A stretch of DNA of 64,000 nucleotides from Eledone cirrhosa (Eukaryota), in the NCBI GenBank assembly GCA_964016885.1, contig OZ024755.1, forward strand, positions 3,348,001 to 3,412,000, given 5' to 3'. Shown piece by piece: positions 42,112 through 55,389 of this stretch (positions are counted from its first letter, which is position 1; each line of letters opens with the position of its first letter). A program made the position numbers and the translations under genes. The notes below the pieces were generated by a model, which was given only the letters and a program-made list of their open reading frames with translations, ran no database searches and was not told the origin of the DNA.

Positions 42112-42301
42112 ACGAAGGAAATGTGGTAAGGAACCAGGTGGACCATAACGCACCAAAGTACTCAATACTTAGGGTAGTAGAGTGGGTAATAGGAACCAGT
42201 AAGATCCCGACGGCTGAGCTCAAGCCGTTTCGACGGCTAATTCTGAGAATTAGCCGTCGAAACGGCTTGAGCTCAGCCGTCGGGGTCTTACTGGTTCCTA
42301 T
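41944..42301. mobile_element. Two Penelope-like terminal-repeat remnants tail to tail around (TA)n, the second ending in a 113-bp palindrome
   Basis: 41944-42078 (+) is related to 61510-61673 (-) and about 30455-30500 (-). 42110-42245 (-) is related to 9908-10033. Both families share GTATTGAGTAC and hammerhead elements. Confidence 0.55.
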
Positions 42302-42304
42302 ATG

Positions 42305-42380
<76 letters not shown>

Positions 42381-42392
42381 CTTTTTTTTTTA

Positions 42393-42590
42393 CATGGGTT
42401 GACTGAAAAGTTCATGGGCTACCAAGATACTCTCATGGAATGACCAAATGAGGTTTATTTTTTATACATAGTCCCTGGAAAGAAACAATGCAGTTATTAA
42501 TAAGAAGAGTTGAAATTAATCCATGCAAGATTTCACAGCTCTAGCATCACTCCATCATAGTCAACTTATGAACTTTTGAAGCCACCCTCG
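42393..42590. mobile_element. Degenerate mariner-type MITE
   Basis: TA-flanked, with imperfect TIRs CATGGGTTGACTGAAAAGTTCAT / ATGAACTTTTGAAGCCACCCTCG. Confidence 0.5.
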
Positions 42591-43290
42591 TACATAACTT
42601 GAACTGTTCTAACAAACCATTACTCTCAGCTTCATAGATTGAACACAGTAAACAAACCATTATTTCACTCTTAATCTTCTTAGCATCCACCAAACCACAT
42701 TCTCAATGTCAATAAAGACAAAAATAAAAAAAATAAGTTTTTTTTTTCCTTAGCAAATAACTCTGCCTGTTATTGAGTTGCTAGAAATTTGGCATCTGAG
42801 TATATGTTGGCACAAGTCCAATCTTTGCTAAAACATTCTTAACTTCTTTCATGACTTGATTCTTCAGTTTAAGACCTTTCGATTTATCTTTCCCCTTTGG
42901 ACTTGTATCATCATCATCATCATCATCATGTTTATGAGGGGCCCTCCAAACCTGAAGTGCCATGGGCATCCTAAGCTATACATTCAACCCTTTGCTATCC
43001 ATTCTTTGTTGTACAACTCTTGTTTTACATTGCAACTATAATACCCATTTCATGCAAAAAGCTAAAGATACAATAGGCTTATAAACATTCACTTCTGTGT
43101 ATAATTTCCTATTATTTCTATGCTGGTGTTATATTTAACCTGACCATATCTGTTTACCGGGTCCATAGTGATTGTTCTAATTATTGTTTGGAGGCATAGA
43201 TAACATTATGTCACAACTTATTTTTGTGTATTGATAAACTGTGTTTGCTTTTGAAATTATCTTCGTCAACCTCACTAATAAAGCTTCACT

Positions 43291-43377
<87 letters not shown>

Positions 43378-43487
43378 GACGTTAAATGATAATGATGATG
43401 ATGATGGTGACAGGGTGTGCAGTTTGTTCACTGTACACAATCATTTTCACTTTCATCATTATATATATACCCATGTAACATATATAC

Positions 43488-43586
43488 TTAGTCGGGGCCG
43501 ATTGACACAGATCGAACCTTGAGCTGATCAATCGCGAAACACGCGTCACACCTCAATAAATGTAATGACAATTTGACACCTTGTCC

Positions 43587-43590
<4 letters not shown>
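43488..43590 (+). mobile_element. 5'-truncated Penelope-like terminal repeat inside (TA)n
   Basis: Stem CGATTGA/TCAATCG, then GAAAC-ACGC-GTC (hammerhead 3' half with palindromic ACGCGT) and AATAAA. No CTGANGA is present. Confidence 0.4.
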
Positions 43591-43648
<58 letters not shown>

Positions 43649-45660
43649 CATGTGTGTGTATGTATATATCCTTATATATATATATATGTATGTTATATAT
43701 ATACACACACACAGATATACATATCTGTGTATGTATATATATATATATGTGTGTGTGTGTGTGCGTGCGTGTGTACCGGATGTAAAATAGAGACTATGTT
43801 GGTGTCTATCATTAATTTAAGCCATTGTTTCGTAATTCATTTTCTCATCTTTTAAATAAAATCTTAAATCATGATTTTGAAGATAGTTATTTCATTTTAA
43901 CATTTAACGTATTTAATGTGAGCGCAATTTATTTCGAGTAGTCAATTACATATTTAAATTAAACCTTTAACCTCTAGAGGTCAAAAGCACCTTTGACATT
44001 TTCTTCTTATTGACGTAATATTAAAATATTGATAAAATCTGGATTTAGATTATAAAAAATATTAACAAATTAAAATAGGAATCTAAAAATAGAGTATACT
44101 TAATATACAAATAATGTGAACCTCTATTTAATGAGTATTGCTCATGATATTTGCATACGAACACGGCCATATTAGATATTTACTTCGTATGTTATATTGA
44201 AGCAAATATCTTGGTTATAAAAATCGCCTTTCATCTTGCGCACGGAACTGATACTGAACGTATATCGAAAACGACATTTTGTCATTGTTACTTCTCTATC
44301 AACTATCTATGACAATTTTCTTAATTGCTATCACTTGACACAGCGGAATATCCAAATTTGTTTAGCACAAACAAAAGATAACATCTCAAAAGATTGCCAT
44401 ACAATTCGTCTCTACGCATAAAATATTTATATATATAAATATAAACTTAAATATATATATATATATTTATATTTATACAAACATTAAAAGACTAAAAAAG
44501 ACTTCTGTAAGGTTCGTTCATTTTCTTCCTTCTTCCCACTCATTTACAAAGGAAATTTATCTTACATTTCGTGTGCTATATATATGTGATTTTGTGGAAA
44601 CCTATTTTTACATACATAGCTTGACTCTTTATTAAGGCTATTTTCTCTTACAGAATTTTGTCTTAGTTTTAGCGAAATTATGTATATTTAATACATTTCC
44701 CCGTGTCTATATTTCAGCTAGCTTGCCTTCCTCCTTAATTCTATTTATATATATTTATATATAACAGTTCTAAGCAGTTTCGAAGTGGCGGTTCTGGCTA
44801 ATTTTATTTTCACATTCTACCGTATTTTTACGAGGAGCAGAAAAGTAGAACTATGTACGATATTATATATAAACCACCTAATCTAGAATCCTTTATTAAG
44901 CCTTTATTTAAATTAATACAATTCAATAAATGGATTGGTTTATTAAAAAAAAGTTTCCAACTTTTTCATTTTTTTTCTTTCATTTTAGTGCGACTTCATT
45001 TTGTTTTTCGTCTGAACACTTGTTTACTGAATAATCATTTTATATGTAATGAAATTTTTTTGAATTTCCAATTCTAATTGTAGATCATTGTTTTTAAAGC
45101 TTACTATTGTATATATATTTCCAGTAAAATATTAAAATTTCCCAGCGGGTATACCGCATTCCTTACACCCCCATCTTTTTTTTTTTATTTTTTTTATTTT
45201 CTTGACTTCCAAACCTCCACCAAGGGACGTAATTCTGCCATTTCTCCTTTTTATATTTTTTCCTGTAATTAAATTTATATTTCCCTCCAACACTTCTCGT
45301 CTACTAAACTTCACATTGCTTGCGCCCATAACATAAGAAACCCCGATAAGAAATGTTTGCTTGTTTGGAAGTTTTTCGTCTGCGAAACTAACTAGGATCG
45401 ATACTACGTACACGAACTACTTTTTAGAAAATTCTGCCGAGACCCCCCCTTCCCACCTCATTCTTCTGTGTTAAATGTTTTTATCAAGCTTATATGAAAT
45501 ACTCGTTCAAATAAAACTCATTTAAAAAAAATTCTTATAAGGTTCTGGTTCAATAGTTTAAGTTTATTAGATATGTGTATACATATATATAGTGTATTTG
45601 TCGGTCATATGTATGTACTTAGAGTACCTGCCTCACCCTAGTTGCTTGGGACACAGCCTG

Positions 45661-45673
45661 GCCGCCATCTTTG
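45661..45673 (+). promoter_or_regulatory. YY1 motif upstream of the first DDX6 coding exon
   Basis: GCCGCCATCTTTG matches the YY1 consensus CCGCCATNTT in an otherwise AT-rich region. Confidence 0.4.
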
Positions 45674-46561
45674 TTTATTCTTTAACATGGACATTCAGTG
45701 TCTTTTGTTTCAGTTTTGCTCTGCATCTTAACAATTGGTTGTGGTTGAATTATATCCATTTATATCGAAAAAAAAAAATCCCCCGGATCTCATTCTGGCC
45801 TGCTGCCCATTTAAATACTTTCGGTTTCACTTCTCTCATGACCTCTTTATTGCAGTCTCAGTATTTTAGAAATCTCTGCCGGTGCACTGCGTTTTATTTC
45901 GTGGAATCCCTCTTTCCGTTAACCAAAATACTATTATACTCTTATTCACTAGTATGTATTGCTTAATTACTGTTTTATTTTTTATACTTTCGGTCAATAT
46001 TGGGTATAGTAAATGTCTGCGACAGAATTTAGCTTTTGGCAGACTTTTAGTAAATTTAGGGCCTTTCGATATCGTATTAAAAATGTGAATCTTTATCGTT
46101 AAATACGAATGTTATATATATATAATATATAATATATATAATATATATATATATATATATAATTATTATTAAATACACACCAATCTGTTTTAGTTTACAT
46201 AGAATACGTGGACGAAATATTTTAATTTGCCTAATTGTCGCTCCAGAATCTTTTCCTATCGCAATAATAATTTTAGTATGGCTACTCGTTAAATAATTTC
46301 ATATTCTAAGAAATACTTCTAAAACTTGAAGCTTCACACGTGCTCCGTTACGTTGATATTGGTGTATTTATTTATGAAACAATTTAAACATGGATGAAGG
46401 AAAAAAATACCCCCCCCCCCCTCTTAAAAAAACAAACAATTCTACTTAAGGGCTATTTTCAATTCTATGATTTTCTTCTTACAGTTACTGTTGCCTGTAT
46501 CAGGCTCAAGACAAAACTTCAATCTTTTTTGTTTGTGGTGGATGACACTTTAGCTTTAAAA

Positions 46562-49500
46562 ATGGACACAGTTGATGAACAGAATTCTGGCATTGGAAAT
46601 ATTGGTAGTACGAACCACGCATTAATCGCAAGTATTGAACAGAACTCAGGAGCACAAAATGCAAAGTAATTATACCCTTTTTCTTAAAGAATATTCTTAT
46701 CTGAAGATATAGTTAAAATATATTGAATATATTTAAAAATATATTCTATTTTAAATGCAGGTAAAAATCTTATAGTGTAACTAATTAACATTTGGTTGCT
46801 ATTTTAGATAAAGATAATGAGATTCAAACCAATTGTAATTAAATGTCTATTAATTTCTATGTATTTATGCTTTTGTTGTATTTTGGATTAATGTTCAATC
46901 GATTCCACTTGCAATGCTCAATATTTTATATATTTAAATGTTTCTTTTTTCAGTGATTCCGGTTGGAAAGCAAAATTAAATTTACCTGAAAGAGATAACA
47001 GAGTTAGAACTTCAGTAAGTCTTTTCTTGATAAATCTCTCAATACTTTTGCATTCATCTCAAATTTCTTTACCATATGAAAGGGTGTATTTAAAACCATG
47101 CTTTTACACAAGTTACAACTTGTGGTCTAGGAGTATGTGGGACTCAAGTGTATCAAATTCACATTTGAGCTTTTAAAGGTTTATTCTGGAGTAATTTAAA
47201 AAAAAAAAAACCTTAGTTATATTCTCAGTAACACTGGCTGGTAGATAACTTGATATTTGAAGTTTAATTAAACCCTATTGATATAGGCTTTAATTATATT
47301 ATTTTCTACCATAGGTTCTTGTATGTTTATATATATATAATAGTTTCAAAAATAACCTGCATGATGAAGACTTTATAATTGAGATGGCTGTCTATCTTTC
47401 TGTTTTTTCCATTCTTTGTCTATTTTGAATATATGAACTCGAATTCTAATTGAAGTTTAAATTAACTCCTTATTCTAGGATGTAACAAACACAAAAGGAA
47501 ATGAATTTGAAGACTTCTGTTTGAAGCGAGAACTATTAATGGGAATATTTGAAAAAGGGTGGGAAAAACCCTCTCCAATTCAGGAAGCTAGCATACCTAT
47601 TGCTTTAACTGGAAGAGATATTGTAGCCAGAGCAAAAAATGGAACGGGTAAAACGGGAGCTTATGCTATTCCCATTTTAGAAAGATGTGATCCTGGCAGA
47701 GATGAAGTACAAGGTAAGTTGTTTCAATTGTACAATTAAGTACTCCTTCAATTCCTAGTAATAACTTTAAAACTCTTCATTTGGGTCACTAGCATTTTTA
47801 ACTCTGGGCTTTTTAAGTAATTATAATGGATGGAAACTGAAGAATCTTAGATTAGGTATATCATTTCTAATGTATATCTTTAATGTATTATGGTAGGGCT
47901 TTTTAATTAATTTAAATGGATGGGAATTGATCTTAAATTGATGTATAGTTTCTATTGTGTATCTTTACTGAATTATGGTAGGTCTTAATATTTTTCACCT
48001 GTTCTGTTTTTCAGCTTTGGTCATTGTCCCAACGAGAGAACTTGCATTGCAAACTAGTCAAATTTGTCGCGAGCTAAGTAAACATGTTGGCTGCCAAGTC
48101 ATGGTTACAACGGGTGGTACAAATCTCAAGGATGATATTATGAGACTTTATGATCAGGGTAAGTTATTTTCACTTCTAACACATTCTTATTTCTCTTCTA
48201 AATTATTGTATTTAACTTATTTCCATTCAATGTTAAATATTTTAACATCTAGCACACCATGACATTCTCTTTAATTATACTTATCCTTTCTATTTCCAGT
48301 CCATGTCATAGTGGCCACACCTGGAAGAATTCTTGACTTACTGAATAAGAATGTTGTAAAGAGCAGTAAATGTAATATGCTTGTACTGGATGAAGTAAGT
48401 TTTATTGTATTTTTTACCAAGTGATATTTATGTAATGTGTAACATATTTACAGTAACTTAAAATGGAATTTATTTTATTTTAGGGAGACAAATTATTATC
48501 TCAAGATTTCAAAGATATGTTGGACTCTATAATAAACCATTTGCCAGGTGACAGACAAGTCTTGCTTTATTCAGCAACCTTCCCAGTTTCTGTGCAGCAC
48601 TTTATGGTATGTACACAATATATTCAAGGTTGAGAAAAATAATTGAATGGAAACTAAGCTTATGACAAATGTTCAGAGGTTTTCATCTGTAAATAAATTC
48701 TAAATATGAAATTTCTAATAGATTTAACATTTTGTGTACTTTTAAAGCATTGAAGATTTTAATATACATGTGTAAGGCATGATTGCTAGCATGACTGAAT
48801 TGTTCCAGTGGTTGTCCTGTACCACATGAAACAGCATTAGCAAGATATTCTTCTTAATAGTACAAGACAGAACTGACTGTCAAATTAAATATTAGTCTTT
48901 ACTCGAATATTGTAAGTTTTCGCAATCTATCCGCTAACAGATACTATAAACATTTGAATTAACAATTTAAATTGAATTGGCCATCACTGGAAAATTGAAA
49001 TTATTTAACAATTTCTTTTACTGTTTTGAATTAAGATTACATACAATATATTTATTTTTAACAGCGTAAACATTTGAATAACCCATATGAAATAAATCTA
49101 ATGGAGGAACTTACCTTAAAAGGTGTGACTCAGTATTATGCCTATGTTAGAGAAAAACAGAAGGTTCATTGTTTAAATACCCTATTCTCAAAGGTACTGT
49201 ATTTTTTCATTGTATAGTTGAAAGATAATAAAATATTATTTAAATTGTCTGCCACCTCTCTTAAAATGTATTTTGTATAGTTTTAACTTTTTCTTGAACT
49301 ATTCACAAGGCAGAGAAATAACTTTCTAGATTAGGTTTAAATGTTTTATGTTCGGAAAAATTGCTCATGAACTGAGGTTCCTCTATAAAATTCGATATTT
49401 TACTAAAACCCTTTAAAATTTGATTACATTGTTTTAATCTTAGTTAAGATAAAGTTGTATTCCTCATATGTAAAACATGAATGATATATTTGCGTAATGA

Positions 49501-51148
49501 ATATTATTACTATTTGAGAATATTCTCGTTCTTCAGTGTAACGTAGCTTTTTTTTTTTTTATTTGTGTAATCAGTTACAGATAAACCAGTCCATAATATT
49601 TTGTAATACGGCTCAAAGAGTAGAACTGTTAGCCAAAAAGATTACAGAACTTGGTTATTCTTGTTTCTATATTCATTCAAAAATGAATCAACAACACAGA
49701 AACAGAGTTTTTCATGATTTTCGTCAGGGCCTTTGCAGGAATCTTGTCTGTTCAGGTAAGAATGTTTTAGAGCTAGTATTGGCATTTTCACTTATTTTGT
49801 TAGAATAAAATTTCACTATCAATATGGCAGAAATGTTAAATATAAACCTGCCAGATATTTTGTTGAAATTTCTGTGTACATATTTTTGTGCCATTTTCCC
49901 ATTATTACATTGTATTCTGAAATAAGTTAAAATGAGATATATTCCACACTAGTTCATTGTTGCCTAGACTCTTCTAAGATATTGATCAATTTAATCTTTG
50001 ATTGATACCCCACACCTCAAAATGGATCTGTTTTCTACCAGCTATAATTAAATTCTGGCAAAGAAAACAGCAGATTAGGAATTACATGACCAAAGGAATT
50101 TTTTTTTTCTTTCGTCATAGATACCAGCAGTTCAAGTATTCAAGGAAACCTTGCATTTAAAACTAAAATAACTTATACTGTCCAAAGACAAATAGCTGGT
50201 TGGAAATAATGAATGTGGTGTTAAAATGAAATAAAATTGAAATTTTTTCTAGAAACTGTTTGAATTGACAAAATATTAAATGTGAACTTGTTAAAATGGG
50301 TTTAATCTTAATTTCAGATTTGTTCACTAGAGGCATTGACATCCAGGCTGTGAATGTAGTAATAAACTTCGATTTTCCAAAATATTCAGAGACTTATTTG
50401 CACAGAATCGGTAGATCTGGTAGATATGGCCATCTAGGTATTGCAATCAACCTAATTACATATGAAGACAGGTGAGTAATCAATATTGTATTTTATTAGG
50501 AAATCTAAATACCTTTTCAGTTTTTTATATTATCTCTGGTTTAAGGTACACCTTAAAGTTTGGCCTACAAATAAATCTATAAGTCAATCTTGTTAAATGA
50601 ATTTCAATGTTCTCTTGGAAATGTTATTTTAATAACTTAAATATTTCCTTAATGTTTCCATATAAGACTAATTTGGTGGGTCTGAATTTTCTTCTGTAAT
50701 ATTTAGAGTATAAGTAGTTGCCTAATTTTGTAAATATTTTTGACCATTGTATTTATATAAGGCTTTCTAGAGAGGGGCCACAAACACTTGTCTTTTTTGT
50801 GGGTATAATAAAATGAAATGTAATTCTGTGAGAAAAGGAGACTTGATAGCCTGAGGGAGGAGAATGAGAGCTATATACAGTAAATGTAACTTTTTAGTGG
50901 GGGCATGAAAAACTTGAGGGAATTTGATTGTGACCACATGATATAAAATTATGAATTTGAGATATTGAAATATATTTTTAACTCTTTTCAGATTCAATCT
51001 CTTCAAAGTGGAAGAAGAGCTAGGAACTGAAATTAAACCAATCCCGAAGATGATTGATAAAGCATTGTATGTTGCTGAGTACCACATGGAAAAACCAGAA
51101 GATGGTCCTGAAGATGGCTGTAAACAGACTGGCCAAGGGTCAAAATAA
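46562..51148 (+). CDS. DDX6: DEAD-box RNA helicase DDX6/Me31B/Dhh1, 460 aa, 10 coding exons
   Basis: Exons 46562-46665, 46954-47014, 47479-47713, 48015-48158, 48300-48394, 48484-48606, 49065-49193, 49575-49755, 50318-50471, 50992-51148 (1383 nt). Motifs: Q motif [67 protein letters not shown] and [14 protein letters not shown]. An acceptor at 46484 implies an upstream non-coding exon. Confidence 0.96.
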
Positions 51149-54100
51149 AATATCATGGGCAGCATTGGCTTCTTGAGAAGAGAAATATAGACTTATTTGC
51201 TGGGCCCTGGCTGTGTACGGCAAAGAAAAGCACCAATAATTTGGGTTGGGAGGGGGATGCGTTCCTGTTAAATTTACTTTGAATTCATTTGTATTAACTT
51301 TGATAATCTTTGCATATGACATGCAGGCCACAGATTCTAACTGGTGCTAGATAAGAAACTAACACCTAATGCCGTTATCACTTAAGCTCTTCCGGGTTAA
51401 GTACCTCTACAGTCGGTTACATGTTTGAAGTTCTGCAAGTCCAATCTTCCCCCCACCTTTTTCTTCAATTGGAAGTTATTTTTTTTTTTTAACTTAAAAG
51501 AATATATATTTCTCTGCTCTAATTGCCAAACAAAAAAAAAACTCTTTCATCAACACCATCTAACACTTCAGTGGGACTAGACTTCACATTTTATCTGGAA
51601 AAAAAAAACTTGCTTGTTTTAGTCCTCATCATATCGCTCATCAAAAAACTTGATATTTTCTCTTCATATCCTGGTTTAAAAGTAAATATCAGTAATGTAA
51701 TTGGATTGGTTATGTAGCTTGACACGGGAGATGCTATTGAAACAGCTGTCTACTTGCTCTCCTCCAACCAATATCAACAGAAGTTCTACGCACAGTCTAG
51801 TTTACACATGGTTTTAAAATAGAAGAAAACACATTGAGCTAACAATTTACTAAGCTTGCTTAACAATCTAATAGTTGGTAATCAAAAGATTCTGACGTGC
51901 ACTCTTGGAGTTAAAATGTTATATGCAAGTTGAACTTCAAACCAAACATATTTAATTTCAAAGCTGTTTTTAAAAAAACAATTCAATCTCCCCAGCTGCT
52001 ACAAAACTTCCATGAACAAGTTCATCTTTTCTATCCCTTTCCCTTCTCCACAATTACTCAGATAAGATGTTATAAAACAATTGTCAAAGAAATCTACATG
52101 CATAAGCATTTATTTAAAAAGAAAAAAAATACTTAAGTTTTGAACTTGTAAATATCAGCCTTAAAGGTAACTGATGTGAAGTGCACATTCTGCTTGGTGG
52201 GGTCTGTGCAAGGTGCTGAATGCAAAAGAATCCTAACATTACCTTACACCGCTTGCCTAATGTGCATACATTGTTGGCAGAGCTTGTGTATTTTGTAAAT
52301 TTCTATATTTTTGTATCGTGCTCACGGCTGAAATAGCACAGCTGGTGACAAGTGGTTCCTTTTTTTAGCTGTCGCCAGGATCTCGTCTTCTAAACGTTGT
52401 GCAGCACGTGCTCAACAAAACTGTATATAATGTAAATATTGACCATCCCACTCAGAAAAATGTGTGTACCCAGTAAGCACTAGCAGAATTGAGTCTGTCT
52501 CTTGCTTTAGACTGACTCAATTCTGCTAGGTAAGTCTAGTTGGGTGCAACTATTGTTCTTCACACTTGCTACATGAATACTGGGACTGTAAAGACATTTG
52601 CTATCTTCTGAGTGGGGCTTGGGATTATAGGCAATAACCCAATGATTTCAAGATTTGAAATGCTGTTGACAAAACTGCAGTTTTTTTTTTTCACATCACC
52701 CACCCCCTATAAAATGCTCATTGGATGTTGAGAAATCCTGAATCCACTCTGCCATATTTTTTATTTTAGGGGTGGTTTCCCTTTATGGTCGTCACACAAT
52801 TTAAAAATCTGAACTGCCGTCTTACCAAATTTAGCTATTGGGGGTTTCATGGATTCTTACCAGATCAAAACAGTGCAAGTTCAGCTAGTAAACATAGATA
52901 AAAAAAACGTCACTCGGAATGTGATTGGTTGAGAGAAAACATTAAAAAAAAAAAAAAATTTCAAAAGCTACATAGACAAACTGAATAACTAAAGTCTTAA
53001 CCTTTGTGACGACTTGCTAGTTAAGATCACTGAAAGAAACGCTATGTGGTCGCTTTATTTAAATTCCCTCTCCCTCTTCTCCCAGTCTGCTTTTTGCCTT
53101 TTGCCCTTGCTGTGGCAAAATCCAAAAAACAACCAACTCCATTTTGATCCAGCAATGAATGTTCACTCCATTGCTGTGAATATCTTTGTCATTTATTTTG
53201 GATATCTTCCTTGTCCACTCTAATTAGAAAGTTATTTTGAATTACAATTAAGTAGTTGTATTTCATCAGACTTTCCAACTAAGTGGCATTATGAGTGAAC
53301 AATTTTTTTTCTTTTTTTTTTCTTTTGATCCTTTTTAAAGATGCAACTCTTTCTATTTTACACAAGTATTAGAAAGTCATTTGAAAATTTAAATATAATC
53401 TTAGAAATAATTCTAAATGGCACAGAACTGCTGGTTAGCTTTCCATTTCCTGTTCTATATGAAAAGTCTTGATGTATTATTCCTCCCCATGCTTCCTTAC
53501 TCAGAGCTTGCTCATCAATAGAACTGTGTACGACTTGCCTGGAATTAGACATGGTTCGTTGATAAACAGCCTTATGTGCTGGCAACTTTTCATATAACTT
53601 AAAGTTGGCTATATTGGAAGGGTGAAGGGGAATAATGAAAGACTTATTTAAAACCTCAATGCAATCTGATTTCTTCACTTTAGCCAATTAATCATGACTG
53701 TGATACTTTCTATTCATATATAGTAGCAACCTTAGTTAGAGAGAATTAAATGCTAAATTTACTTGCATCTTTAAATTTGATCCCCAGGTTTGCCTTTAAC
53801 GATAACGACCTCTGACTTGTTTAAACATTTTCGAAACTGATCAACTCTTTGGGACCAAACTGAACAATGGTAGTTTACTGTTGTATTTTGGAAGCTGCTG
53901 TAGAATCAGTCCTTAATTAAGTCTTAGATTTTTTTTTTTCACTTAAAAGAAACATCTTAGCTATCATAGAGGATGTGTTTCTTTTTTTTAACTTAAAATC
54001 CTTTTAAGAAATCTTTGATGCTAAATAAACGTTGGAGTTAGGTTTTATCTTAGATAATTAAAATGGAATGATTAATTACAGGTAAGATTATAATGGAAGG

Positions 54101-54991
54101 TAATATTTCTCTAACTTAGCAAAAGAAAGATCTAAATAGTACTGAACTTTATCAGCAGCTTCCACACAATAGGAAATTAATTTCCATTCAATGTATTTTT
54201 TTTTAAAGAGCTTATAATACCATTACCATAAATGTTATCACTTAGAGATCCATCTATAAATTTTCAGATGAGTGATTTTTTTTTTTTTTTTGACCCTTAA
54301 AATAACATTACTGTAAGTTAACTTTTAAAGGTATATTTTTATTTTATTTTTAAGATATAAGCTGTTCATTTTTAATTTAGGTCCCTGCCCCCTAATAAAT
54401 GACATCAGTTATGATTTCATCTGAACCAGTTTTTACCCTTGAGAGGCAGGTTGTAACAAAGGGTATTTAGCTTTTTTTTTTTTTGTAATAGTTAATTTCC
54501 TCCATTTGTCTAGATTTAAGATATTTTGTTAATTTATGGTAATGGTGTATTCACCCCCTAAAAGCTCTGAGAACATATAACTGGTTTTAATGAAGTCCTT
54601 TAAAATTTTCTCACATTGATAAATGAACATTTGCTTAATTTTATTATGCCATCATTGTTTATAGGATGAACAGGTAGGCAAATGTAAATTTGATAATCTA
54701 TTGAGACTGCAAATCTTATTTGCTTTTCTAGTCATAGAATCATAAAAACTTACTCTACTAAATCTAATGGTATGATCCACAGTTGTCCTCCAATGAAATT
54801 CAGTTTTTAAACTATTTTAATCTAGAAAATTCGGACATCTGTGGTAGTTTTTGCTTCCCTCTGACTAGATTTCAAATAAGAGCTTGACATTTCTGTTTTG
54901 GGATCTGCTTTTACCAGGAGCTCGAAAGTCAACTGAGATTAGACAAATGTTGCAAACTTAATACTAAGAATAGAACCACAAACATTTAAAG

Positions 54992-55025
<34 letters not shown>

Positions 55026-55383
55026 CTGTAAGAACTAAAAATATTTTTTTTTTGTATGTTTGCCTCTTGCGTCTTGTAATGTGTGTGGGTGGGGGGATGC
55101 TTAAAATAAGTATTTTTTTTTCTTAACCCCCCCCCCCCCTTAATGTTTCAATGCCAAGTGTTCACCTGGCATTTTAGATACAGTCACTCCTTTCTAGGAA
55201 TTTAAATTGGGTCTCCCCCCCCCCTCCCCCATGCTTTGGTTGTGATTAAATATTTTGTATAAGTAATTTAGTTAAGGCAATTTCGTTTTGAAAATTTAAA
55301 ATCTCCCCTCACCCCTTACCAAGGCTTCAAGCAACACTGGATAAAATCCCAAAGACCTTCATTAAAATTATTTTGTTCTCAAC

Positions 55384-55389
55384 AATAAA
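55384..55389 (+). terminator. Candidate distal DDX6 polyadenylation signal
   Basis: Overlapping AATAAAATAAA followed by a GT/T-rich tract, at the end of a 4.2-kb stretch with no recognisable SINEs. Confidence 0.4.
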
